DNA of 64,000 nucleotides from contig CAKPKP010000001.1 of the NCBI GenBank assembly GCA_934167495.1, positions 48,904 through 112,903 on the forward strand, in the 5' to 3' direction. This DNA is from an uncultured Clostridia bacterium. GTDB taxonomy: Bacteria; Bacillota; Clostridia; TANB77; CAG-508. Shown in pieces: positions 28,607 through 36,486 of this stretch. The translations under genes were made by a program, and so were the position numbers. Every line of letters begins with the position of its first letter. Positions within the stretch are counted from its first letter, which is position 1. A model generated the notes under the pieces. It was not told the DNA's origin, searched no databases, and saw nothing but the letters and a program-made list of their open reading frames with translations.

Positions 28607-29467
28607 ATGAAAAAAGTATTATTAATCGGAGCAGATGGAATGCTAGGAGGAGAATTAAAAGAAAGACTTGAAAAAATATATGATGTAGTTCCAACAACAA
28701 TCGAAACACTAGATATTTGTGATGAAAATGCAGTAGTAACAAAAGCTGAAAATGAAAAACCATATTTTATTATAAATTGTGCAGCTTTTACTAATGTAGA
28801 TGGTTGTGAAACAAATTATGAATTAGCAAATAAAGTAAATGGATTAGCTTTAGCCAATATAGCAAAGGCTGCAAAAACAGTTGATGCAACGTTAATTCAT
28901 ATAAGTACAGATTACGTTTTTCCAGGAAACTTAGACGTAGAAAAATGTTATACAGAGGAGATGACTCCAGCACCAGTTACTGCTTATGGGAAGACAAAAT
29001 TACTTGGTGAACAAAATGCTACAAAAGCAGAAAAATATTATATTTTAAGAACAGCATGGTTATACGGATTAGGTGGAAAGAATTTTGTAAAAACTATGTT
29101 AAAATTAGCCAAAGACAGAGATGAAATAAGTGTAGTATGTGATCAACATGGAAGTCCTACATCTACAACAACTCTTTGTAAAATTATAGAACAAATAATG
29201 GAAAAAGAACCAGAATATGGAATATATCATTCTACTAATGAAGGTTTTACAACATGGGCTGATTTTGCTAAAAAGATACTTGAATTAGCAGGAGTAACTA
29301 CTAAAGTAAAACCAATTACTTCTGAAGAATATAAAGCAATGTATCCACAATCTAGTGATAGACCAAAAAATAGTAAATTATCAAAAGAAAAATTACATAA
29401 TATAGGAATATATCCAGAAAATTATGAAGATGCATTAAAAGAATATTTAAAAGAGGAGTTGAAGTAG
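28607..29467 (+). CDS. rfbD: dTDP-4-dehydrorhamnose reductase
   Basis: MKKVLLIGADGMLG plus STDYVF match the RmlD family. Confidence 0.85.
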   Translation: MKKVLLIGADGMLGGELKERLEKIYDVVPTTIETLDICDENAVVTKAENEKPYFIINCAAFTNVDGCETNYELANKVNGLALANIAKAAKTVDATLIHISTDYVFPGNLDVEKCYTEEMTPAPVTAYGKTKLLGEQNATKAEKYYILRTAWLYGLGGKNFVKTMLKLAKDRDEISVVCDQHGSPTSTTTLCKIIEQIMEKEPEYGIYHSTNEGFTTWADFAKKILELAGVTTKVKPITSEEYKAMYPQSSDRPKNSKLSKEKLHNIGIYPENYEDALKEYLKEELK

Positions 29468-29468
29468 T

Positions 29469-30338
29469 ATGAAAGGAATTATATTAGCAGGAGGTAGCGC
29501 AACAAGACTATATCCAATAACACTTGCAGTATCTAAACAAATGTTACCGGTTTATGATAAACCAATGATTTATTATCCATTATCAGCTTTAATGATGGCT
29601 GGAATAAAAGAGGTTCTTATAATCTCTACACCAAAACATTTACCAGCTTTTCAAGATTTATTAGGTGATGGGTCAAGCTTAGGAATGAAATTTGAATATA
29701 AAATTCAAGAAAAACCAGTTGGACTAGCTGATGCATTTATATTAGGAGCAGATTTTATAGGAGATGATACCGTTTCTTTAATATTAGGTGATAATATGAT
29801 ATATGGTTCAAGACTTGAGAGAGTTTTGAAAGAAGCTAGTGAGTTAAAAGAAGGTGGAGTAATTTTCGGATATCAAGTAGCAGATCCAACTTCATATGGT
29901 GTTGTTGAAATGGATGAAAACGGAAATGCAATATCAATAGAAGAAAAACCAAAAGAACCAAAATCAGATTTAGCAGTTCCAGGTATATATTTCTACGATA
30001 ATAAAGTAAAAGAAATAGCAAAACAAATTAAACCATCTGATAGAGGAGAACTTGAAATCACAGATGTAAACAAAGCATATATGGAAATGGGAAATTTAAA
30101 AGTTATACCTTTAGAAAGTGGATATGCTTGGTTTGATACTGGATCAGCTGATAGATTATCAGATGCTTCAGATTTCGTAAAAGCAATAGAATTAAGACAA
30201 GGAGTTCAAATTGCTTGTTTAGAAGAAATAGCATTTAGACAAGGATGGATAGGAGAAGAAATATTACTAGAAAATGCTAAAAAATATGGAAAGACTGAAT
30301 ATGGAAAATATTTAAAGAAAATAGTAAATAAAAAATAA
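29469..30338 (+). CDS. rfbA: glucose-1-phosphate thymidylyltransferase
   Basis: MKGIILAGGSATRLYPIT is the canonical RmlA N-terminus. Confidence 0.9.
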   Translation: MKGIILAGGSATRLYPITLAVSKQMLPVYDKPMIYYPLSALMMAGIKEVLIISTPKHLPAFQDLLGDGSSLGMKFEYKIQEKPVGLADAFILGADFIGDDTVSLILGDNMIYGSRLERVLKEASELKEGGVIFGYQVADPTSYGVVEMDENGNAISIEEKPKEPKSDLAVPGIYFYDNKVKEIAKQIKPSDRGELEITDVNKAYMEMGNLKVIPLESGYAWFDTGSADRLSDASDFVKAIELRQGVQIACLEEIAFRQGWIGEEILLENAKKYGKTEYGKYLKKIVNKK

Positions 30339-30346
30339 TAAATAAT

Positions 30347-30390
30347 AAAGAAAGAGAAGAAAATTTTTATTTTCTTCTCTTTCTTTATAT
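30347..30390 (+). terminator. rho-independent terminator after rfbA
   Basis: AAAGAAAGAGAAGAAAAT / ATTTTCTTCTCTTTCTTT inverted repeat. Confidence 0.6.
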
Positions 30391-30441
30391 AAAAGTTCTA
30401 AATAAAAAAAACTCTAATAAAATTGTTAGGGGGGAATTGTT

Positions 30442-30840
30442 ATGAATGAAAATATAAATACGAGTAATATAAAGAATTCTACTGCTTTTATTATTCTAAA
30501 AGGTTCTGTTTTAGCTATAGTTATTACTTTGGTTTTGTTATTAATTTTGTCTTTAATATTAACTAATACAAATATTTCAGAAGAGGTAATAACTCCGAGT
30601 ATAATAACTATAACAGCGGTAAGTATACTTGCAAGTAGTTCTATTTGTACTTTGAAAATTAGTAAAGGTGGTATTGTAACAGGTGGATTTATAGGTGGAA
30701 TATATATAATATCTATTTATTTAATTTCAAGTATTATTAGTGGAAATTTTGCTATTAATGTGTACTCAATGGTAATGATTTTTTTAGCAGTACTTGCTGG
30801 ATGCATAGGAGGAATAATAGGAGTAAATAGAAATACATAA
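30442..30840 (+). CDS. hypothetical 4-TM membrane protein (Gly-rich)
   Basis: ORF with GGGGGGAA RBS. Polytopic. Confidence 0.45.
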   Translation: MNENINTSNIKNSTAFIILKGSVLAIVITLVLLLILSLILTNTNISEEVITPSIITITAVSILASSSICTLKISKGGIVTGGFIGGIYIISIYLISSIISGNFAINVYSMVMIFLAVLAGCIGGIIGVNRNT

Positions 30841-30890
30841 ATACAAGTATTTAATAAAAAGCTTTTGTTTAGTTGTTAATCTACTAAATA

Positions 30891-31150
30891 AAGGCTTTTT
30901 TATATTATAGGAAAGTTCTCTAAACTTCCTATAATATAAATATATTGCACAGAAATTTGCTTTGCAAATTTCGCACACGAACAAAGACGCGGACTTCAAA
31001 ATGTTTTAATAAGTGCAAAAGTTATTAATGTCCGCTTTTGTTCTCTAATAGGAATTTTCTCTGAAATTTCTATTAGATAAATATTTTGTACAGAAATTTG
31101 CTATATACAAATTTTACACACGAACAATTAAACGCATTCTGAATTGGACA
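30891..31150. repeat. two tandem units of a modular intergenic repeat family (hairpin module, AAATTTGC-N3-GCAAATTT palindrome, GCGGAC...GTCCGC stem)
   Basis: TATATTATAGGAAAGTTCTCTAAACTTCCTATAATATA, then ATATTGCACAGAAATTTGCTTTGCAAATTTCGCACACGAACAAAGACGCGGAC...GTCCGCTTTTGTTCT, then a second degenerate unit. Other copies are at 7961-8070, 22003-22065, 36338-36477, 42821-42910, 46987-47050 and 55071-55245 (inverted), plus a fragment at 11815-11850. Confidence 0.85.
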
Positions 31151-31261
31151 ATTAAAAATATAATTTAAAATTTATAGTTATTAGTCTTGAAATTTTGTTG
31201 ACTTATTTAAAAGAAATTTGTATAATCATTTAAGAAATAGTATATATGGGAGGCATATTTA

Positions 31262-32389
31262 ATGAAGAAAAAAGTTGTTATAATAGGAGCAAATGATTTT
31301 CAAAATCCATTGATTTTGAAAGCAAAAGAATTAGGTTATGAAACTCATGTATTTGCTTGGAAGGATGGGTCAATAGGTGAAAAAACTGCAGACTTTTTTT
31401 ATCCAATTAGTATAGTTGAAAAAGAAGAAATTTTAGAAAAATGTAGAGAAATAAAACCAGATGCTATACTTACTATTGCATCAGATTTAGCAACTATAAC
31501 AGTTAATTATGTAGCAAGTAAATTAGGACTTACATGTAATTCATTAGAATGTACAGAGATTTCTACAAACAAATTTAAAATGAGACAAGCCTTTAAAAAA
31601 GCTAATATTCCAGTACCAAAATTTGAAATAGTGGATGAAAATACTAATTTGGATATTTTAAATGGAATGGAATATCCGCTAATAGTTAAACCAACAGATA
31701 GATCTGGAAGTAGAGCTATAAATAAAATTTTGAAAAAAGAAGAGTTAAGTGATGCAATTAAATTAGCAGTTGAAAATTCATTTGAGAAAAAAGCAATTGT
31801 TGAAGAATATATTGATGGAGATGAATTTAGTGCTGAATCTATATCTTTTCATGGAAAACATAATTTTCTAACAGTAACAAGAAAACAAACAACAGGATAT
31901 CCTCATTTTATAGAAACAGGTCATATAGAACCAGCAGGACTTTCAGAAGAAATTATTGAAAAAATAAAAAGTGCAATATTACCAGCTTTAGATAGTTTAA
32001 AAATAGAAAATGGTGCATCACATGCAGAATTTAAAATAACTCAAAATGGTGATATAAGAATTATAGAAATTGGTGCAAGAATGGGTGGAGATTGCATAGG
32101 TTCAGATTTAGTAAAAATATCTACAGGATATGATTATGTAAAAATGGTTATAGATGTTGCTTTAGGCAAAGAACCTGTATTAGAAAAAGTTTCTGTTCCA
32201 AAAATAGCAGTAATTAAATTTATATTTAATAAAGAAGATTTAGATGAATTAGAAAAGATAAAAAAAGAAAAGCCAGAAAAAATACATTTTGTTAGTGAAA
32301 TTAAAGATTTTGGAGGGCATAAGATTGTTGATAGTTCTTCAAGATATGGATATTATATTTTAGCATTAGATAGTATAGATGAAATTTAA
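31262..32389 (+). CDS. ATP-grasp domain protein (carboxylate-amine ligase-like)
   Basis: EYPLIVKPTDRSGSRAI and EEYIDGDEFSAESI... match ATP-grasp B- and C-subdomain motifs. Confidence 0.65.
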   Translation: MKKKVVIIGANDFQNPLILKAKELGYETHVFAWKDGSIGEKTADFFYPISIVEKEEILEKCREIKPDAILTIASDLATITVNYVASKLGLTCNSLECTEISTNKFKMRQAFKKANIPVPKFEIVDENTNLDILNGMEYPLIVKPTDRSGSRAINKILKKEELSDAIKLAVENSFEKKAIVEEYIDGDEFSAESISFHGKHNFLTVTRKQTTGYPHFIETGHIEPAGLSEEIIEKIKSAILPALDSLKIENGASHAEFKITQNGDIRIIEIGARMGGDCIGSDLVKISTGYDYVKMVIDVALGKEPVLEKVSVPKIAVIKFIFNKEDLDELEKIKKEKPEKIHFVSEIKDFGGHKIVDSSSRYGYYILALDSIDEI

Positions 32390-32412
32390 TAAATGTTAAT
32401 GGAGTTTTAAAC

Positions 32413-32766
32413 ATGGTTGAGAAAAAAGTAAAAATTAAGCAATTAATAATTCTTCAAGCCATAATAATGATATATACATTATCTTCTGTTGTGGCAAAAT
32501 TTGCTTCAGGAGAAGAATTTTTAACTTTTAAATTTATTGTTTTTTATGGATTAGAAATATTAATATTAGGTATTTATGCAATTTTATGGCAACAAATAAT
32601 AAAAAAATTCGATTTGTCAATTGCGTATGCTAATAAAGCAATGTCTTTATTATGGTCTCTTTTATGGGCAATTTTGTTCTTCAAAGAGAGCATAACTGTA
32701 AAAAATGTAATAGGAGTAGTAATTGTTATTATAGGTACAATTATAGTGAATAGTGATGATAAATAA
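32413..32766 (+). CDS. EamA-like 4-TM small membrane protein (ArnE/ArnF-like half-transporter)
   Basis: 117 aa with 4 TM helices and no TM1 glutamate, so not an SMR efflux pump. Overlaps the next paralogue by 14 nt. Confidence 0.5.
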   Translation: MVEKKVKIKQLIILQAIIMIYTLSSVVAKFASGEEFLTFKFIVFYGLEILILGIYAILWQQIIKKFDLSIAYANKAMSLLWSLLWAILFFKESITVKNVIGVVIVIIGTIIVNSDDK

Positions 32767-33094
32767 ATATGTATGTATATTAGTTTTATCTGTTTTAATA
32801 GCTTCTGTTTCTCAAATAATATTGAAAATAGGCTCAGAAAAAAACTATAAAAATTTGATTAGAGAATATTTAAATGTTTATGTTATAGTAGGATATGGAA
32901 TGATGGTTGTTTCAACTATACTTACTATACTGGCTTTTAAAGGATTAGATTATAAAAATGGTCCTATTATTGAATCAGTAGGTTATGTTTTTGTTATGGT
33001 ATTAAGTTCAATAATTTTAAAGGAAAAAATAACAAAAAAGAAAATTGCAGGTAACTTATTAATTTTATTAGGAATACTAGTTTTTTATATATAG
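32753..33094 (+). CDS. EamA-like 4-TM small membrane protein (ArnE/ArnF-like partner)
   Basis: 113 aa. PIIESVGYVFVMVLSSIILKE is an EamA-type motif. Confidence 0.5.
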   Translation: MMINKYVCILVLSVLIASVSQIILKIGSEKNYKNLIREYLNVYVIVGYGMMVVSTILTILAFKGLDYKNGPIIESVGYVFVMVLSSIILKEKITKKKIAGNLLILLGILVFYI

Positions 33095-33126
33095 TAATTT
33101 ATGATTAAAATAAAAGAGGTGATAAT

Positions 33127-33627
33127 ATGAAATTAAATGTTGTATTAGTAGAGCCAGAAATTCCACAAAATACAGGAAATATTGCTAGAACATGTGCTGC
33201 AACTGGAGGAAAACTACATTTGGTATATCCATTAGGATTTAGTATTACAGAAAAAGCTGTTAAAAGAGCTGGATTAGATTATTGGGATAAATTAGAAATA
33301 GAAGAACATTCATCATTTGAAAAATTTTTAGGGAAATATAAACCAGAAGAAAATAATATGTTTTTTGTAACGACAAAAGGAAAACATATATATTCAGAGC
33401 CAAATTATAATTCAATGGATGAAGTTTTTGTTTTATTTGGAAAAGAGACTAAAGGTTTACCAGAAGATATTTTGCAAAAATATATAGACAAGACTATTAG
33501 AATTCCGATGAGACCTACTTTAAGATCACTTAATTTGTCTAATTCTGTTTCAATAGTTGTTTACGATATATTAAGACAGAAAGATTTTGAAAATTTAGAA
33601 ACAATAAGTTCATATTTTGATAAATAG
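33127..33627 (+). CDS. trmL: tRNA (cytidine/uridine-2'-O)-methyltransferase TrmL (SpoU family)
   Basis: VVLVEPEIPQNTGNIARTCAATG plus the C-terminal knot region. Confidence 0.85.
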   Translation: MKLNVVLVEPEIPQNTGNIARTCAATGGKLHLVYPLGFSITEKAVKRAGLDYWDKLEIEEHSSFEKFLGKYKPEENNMFFVTTKGKHIYSEPNYNSMDEVFVLFGKETKGLPEDILQKYIDKTIRIPMRPTLRSLNLSNSVSIVVYDILRQKDFENLETISSYFDK

Positions 33628-33648
33628 AATATTAGGAGAGGAAATTTT

Positions 33649-34467
33649 ATGAAAAAAATGTTAATATGTATATTAAGTTTAATTTTATTATTTGTTTTGT
33701 TATTTGTATTATCAGGATGTTCTTCAAAAACTGAAAAAAATGAAGGGAAAAACACTAATACGGTAAAAACAACAAATACAACTAATACAACTTCTAAAAG
33801 CAATACTACTAAGAAAGAGAATACAACAAATACAGATATCACTGATTTTGAATCTGCTGCTGAAAAACAGATGGCAATGCCAAATGAAGGAGATACAATT
33901 GCAATAATACATGTAAGAAATTTTGGAAATATTACTGTTAAATTCTTTGGTGATATAGCACCAAAAGCTGTTGAAAACTTTGTAAAACATTCAGAAGAAG
34001 GATATTATGATGGAGTGAAATTCCATAGAGTTATTGATGAATTTATGATTCAAGGTGGAGACCCTGAAGGAACTGGCAGAGGTGGAGAAAGTATATGGGG
34101 AAAAGGATTTGAAGAAGAATTATCTTATGACCTAGTACCTTACAGAGGTTCATTATGTATGGCTAGTGCTGGAACCGGAACTTCAAGCTTAGGAAGTCAA
34201 TTTTTTATAACACAAGCAAATTATAATGCAACAATGGAAAGTAGATTAAAAAGTGCTGGATATCCGACAAAATTATTAGAAATGTATAAAAAATATGGTG
34301 GATATTTAAGCTTATATCAATCATATACTGTATTTGGTCAAGTTATTGAAGGAATGGATGTTGTAGATGCAATAGCTAAAGTTGAAACAACAGGAAGCGA
34401 AAATTCTACACCAGTTGAAGATGTAATAATTGATACAATAGAAGTAACAACATACAAAGCAGAATAA
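33649..34467 (+). CDS. lipoprotein peptidyl-prolyl cis-trans isomerase (cyclophilin type)
   Basis: Lipobox LSGCSS. FHRVIDEFMIQGGDP is the cyclophilin motif. Confidence 0.85.
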   Translation: MKKMLICILSLILLFVLLFVLSGCSSKTEKNEGKNTNTVKTTNTTNTTSKSNTTKKENTTNTDITDFESAAEKQMAMPNEGDTIAIIHVRNFGNITVKFFGDIAPKAVENFVKHSEEGYYDGVKFHRVIDEFMIQGGDPEGTGRGGESIWGKGFEEELSYDLVPYRGSLCMASAGTGTSSLGSQFFITQANYNATMESRLKSAGYPTKLLEMYKKYGGYLSLYQSYTVFGQVIEGMDVVDAIAKVETTGSENSTPVEDVIIDTIEVTTYKAE

Positions 34468-34482
34468 TAATGGGAGGAATTT

Positions 34483-35082
34483 ATGTACGCTTATATAAAA
34501 GGAACTTTAGAAGATAAATCTAATACTTATGTAGTAGTAGAATGTATGGGAATTGGATACAAAATATTTATGTCTAATACATCAATTTCAAATTTAGGGG
34601 AATTAGGTGAAAAAGTAAAAATATATACACATTATTATGTAAGAGAAGATAATATTAGTTTATATGGATTTTTAAGTAATGAAGAATTAAGAATGTTTGA
34701 ACTTTTACTAGGTGTAAGTGGGGTAGGAGCCAAGTCTGCAATAGCTATGCTTTCTAATATTACACCATCTAGTTTTGCTTTAGCAGTTATATCAAATGAT
34801 ATAGCAAAACTAACTAAAATTCCAGGAATAGGTGCAAAATCTGCACAGAGAATAGTGCTAGAGCTTAAAGATAAATTAAAAAATGAACAAGCAATAGAAA
34901 AAGCAGAAAGTGTTAAAGAGAAGATAAAAGATGACACTATTTTATCTGAAGCAATAGATGCGCTTCAAATATTAGGATATAATAGAAAAGAAATAGATAA
35001 AGCTATTGAAAAAATCCAAACAGAAAATATGTCTACAGAAGATATAATAAGAAAAGCTTTAGTAGTATTAAGTAGTAAATAA
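34483..35082 (+). CDS. ruvA: Holliday junction branch migration protein RuvA
   Basis: MYAYIKGTL... is the N-terminus. HhH motifs LLGVSGVGAKSA and IPGIGAKSAQRI. No ruvB follows. Confidence 0.85.
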   Translation: MYAYIKGTLEDKSNTYVVVECMGIGYKIFMSNTSISNLGELGEKVKIYTHYYVREDNISLYGFLSNEELRMFELLLGVSGVGAKSAIAMLSNITPSSFALAVISNDIAKLTKIPGIGAKSAQRIVLELKDKLKNEQAIEKAESVKEKIKDDTILSEAIDALQILGYNRKEIDKAIEKIQTENMSTEDIIRKALVVLSSK

Positions 35083-35101
35083 GAATGAAAGGAAAAAATA
35101 A

Positions 35102-36334
35102 ATGGACTTAAATAAACCATTGGCATATAGAGTTAGACCGAAAACTTTAGAGGAGTTCGTAGGACAAGAACATATTTTAGGAAAAGATAAATTATTATAT
35201 AGAACAATTAAAGCAGATAGATTATCTAGCATAATTTTATGGGGACCTCCAGGGTGTGGTAAAACGTCTATAGCTAAAGTAATCAGTGAAACTACTAAAT
35301 ATAAGTTTGTAAAACTAAATGCTGTTACGGCAGGAGTTTCAGATATAAAAAATGCAATATCTGAATCAGAAAATATGTTACTTAATCCATCTGGAAAATG
35401 TATATTATTTATTGATGAGATACATAGATTTAATAAATTACAACAAGATGCTTTATTACCATATGTTGAAGATGGAACTGTAATTTTAATAGGAGCTACA
35501 ACGGAGAATCCTTATTTTGAAGTAAATAAAGCCTTAATTTCAAGGTCAATGGTAATTAAACTTGAAGAATTGAGTGAGGAAAATATATTTGAAATTTTGA
35601 AGAATGCTTTAGTTAACAAAGACGGGTTGGCAAATTATAATATTAAAATTTCAGATGAAACTTTAAGAAATATTGCAAGTGTATCTGGTGGAGATGTAAG
35701 AACTGCTTTGAACGGACTTGAAGTTGCTGTTCTTACTACAAATATGAATAAAGATGGAATAATTGAAATAACTGATGAAATTATAGCTGAAAGTATGAAT
35801 AAAAAGAAAGCTATGTTTGATAAGTCAGGAGATAGTCATTATGATAATATAAGTGCTTTTATAAAATCTATGCGAGGAAGTGATGCTGATGCTGCAATAT
35901 TTTATCTTGCAAGAGCATTAGTAGGAGGGGAAGACCCAATGTTTTTAGCTAGAAGAATTGTTATATGTGCAGCAGAAGATGTTGGAATGGCAAATCCTAA
36001 TGCTTTAGTTTTAGCAAATTCTGCTATGCAAGCTGTTCATATGGTAGGAATGCCAGAAGCAAGAATTATACTATCAGAAGCAGCAACATATGTAGCAACA
36101 TCAAAAAAATCAAATGCTACATATATTGGAATAAATAAAGCTATGGAAGATGTGGAGAATAAAAATACAGGAAGAATACCTATGCATATAAGAAATGCTC
36201 CAGCAAGTGGAATGGAACAGTTTGGATACCATGAAGGATACAAATATCCTCATGATTATCCAGGACATGTTGTAGAACAACAATACTTGCCAGATGAAAT
36301 GATAGGAACAAAGTATTATAATGAAGATTTTTAA
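35102..36334 (+). CDS. rarA: replication-associated recombination protein A (RarA/MgsA AAA+ ATPase)
   Basis: GPPGCGKTSIAKV, LFIDEIHRFNK and IGATTENPYFEVNKALISR are RarA-specific. Confidence 0.85.
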   Translation: MDLNKPLAYRVRPKTLEEFVGQEHILGKDKLLYRTIKADRLSSIILWGPPGCGKTSIAKVISETTKYKFVKLNAVTAGVSDIKNAISESENMLLNPSGKCILFIDEIHRFNKLQQDALLPYVEDGTVILIGATTENPYFEVNKALISRSMVIKLEELSEENIFEILKNALVNKDGLANYNIKISDETLRNIASVSGGDVRTALNGLEVAVLTTNMNKDGIIEITDEIIAESMNKKKAMFDKSGDSHYDNISAFIKSMRGSDADAAIFYLARALVGGEDPMFLARRIVICAAEDVGMANPNALVLANSAMQAVHMVGMPEARIILSEAATYVATSKKSNATYIGINKAMEDVENKNTGRIPMHIRNAPASGMEQFGYHEGYKYPHDYPGHVVEQQYLPDEMIGTKYYNEDF

Positions 36335-36337
36335 AGA

Positions 36338-36477
36338 ATATTTATATTATAGGAAGTTCAGAGAACTTTCATATAATATAAAAAATACGGACTTTTGAGT
36401 CCGCGTTTTTTATCTAATAGCAAATTTCACACACTAACAATTAAATGTGGGCTAAACTTATAAAGTTTAGCCCACTA
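36338..36477. repeat. copy of the intergenic repeat family ending in a perfect palindrome that acts as a bidirectional terminator (GTGGGCTAAACTT...AAGTTTAGCCCAC)
   Basis: TATATTATAGGAAGTTCAGAGAACTTTCATATAATATA, then ACGGAC...GTCCGCG, then the palindrome at 36447-36475. Confidence 0.8.
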
Positions 36478-36486
36478 ATGTTTTCA

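Noticed and set aside
30891-31150. Possible CRISPR array, given the recurring hairpin repeats
   Set aside because: The copies are dispersed across the window rather than arrayed. The spacing is irregular, the units are composite (90-250 bp), and there are no cas genes. This is an interspersed repeat family, not CRISPR.
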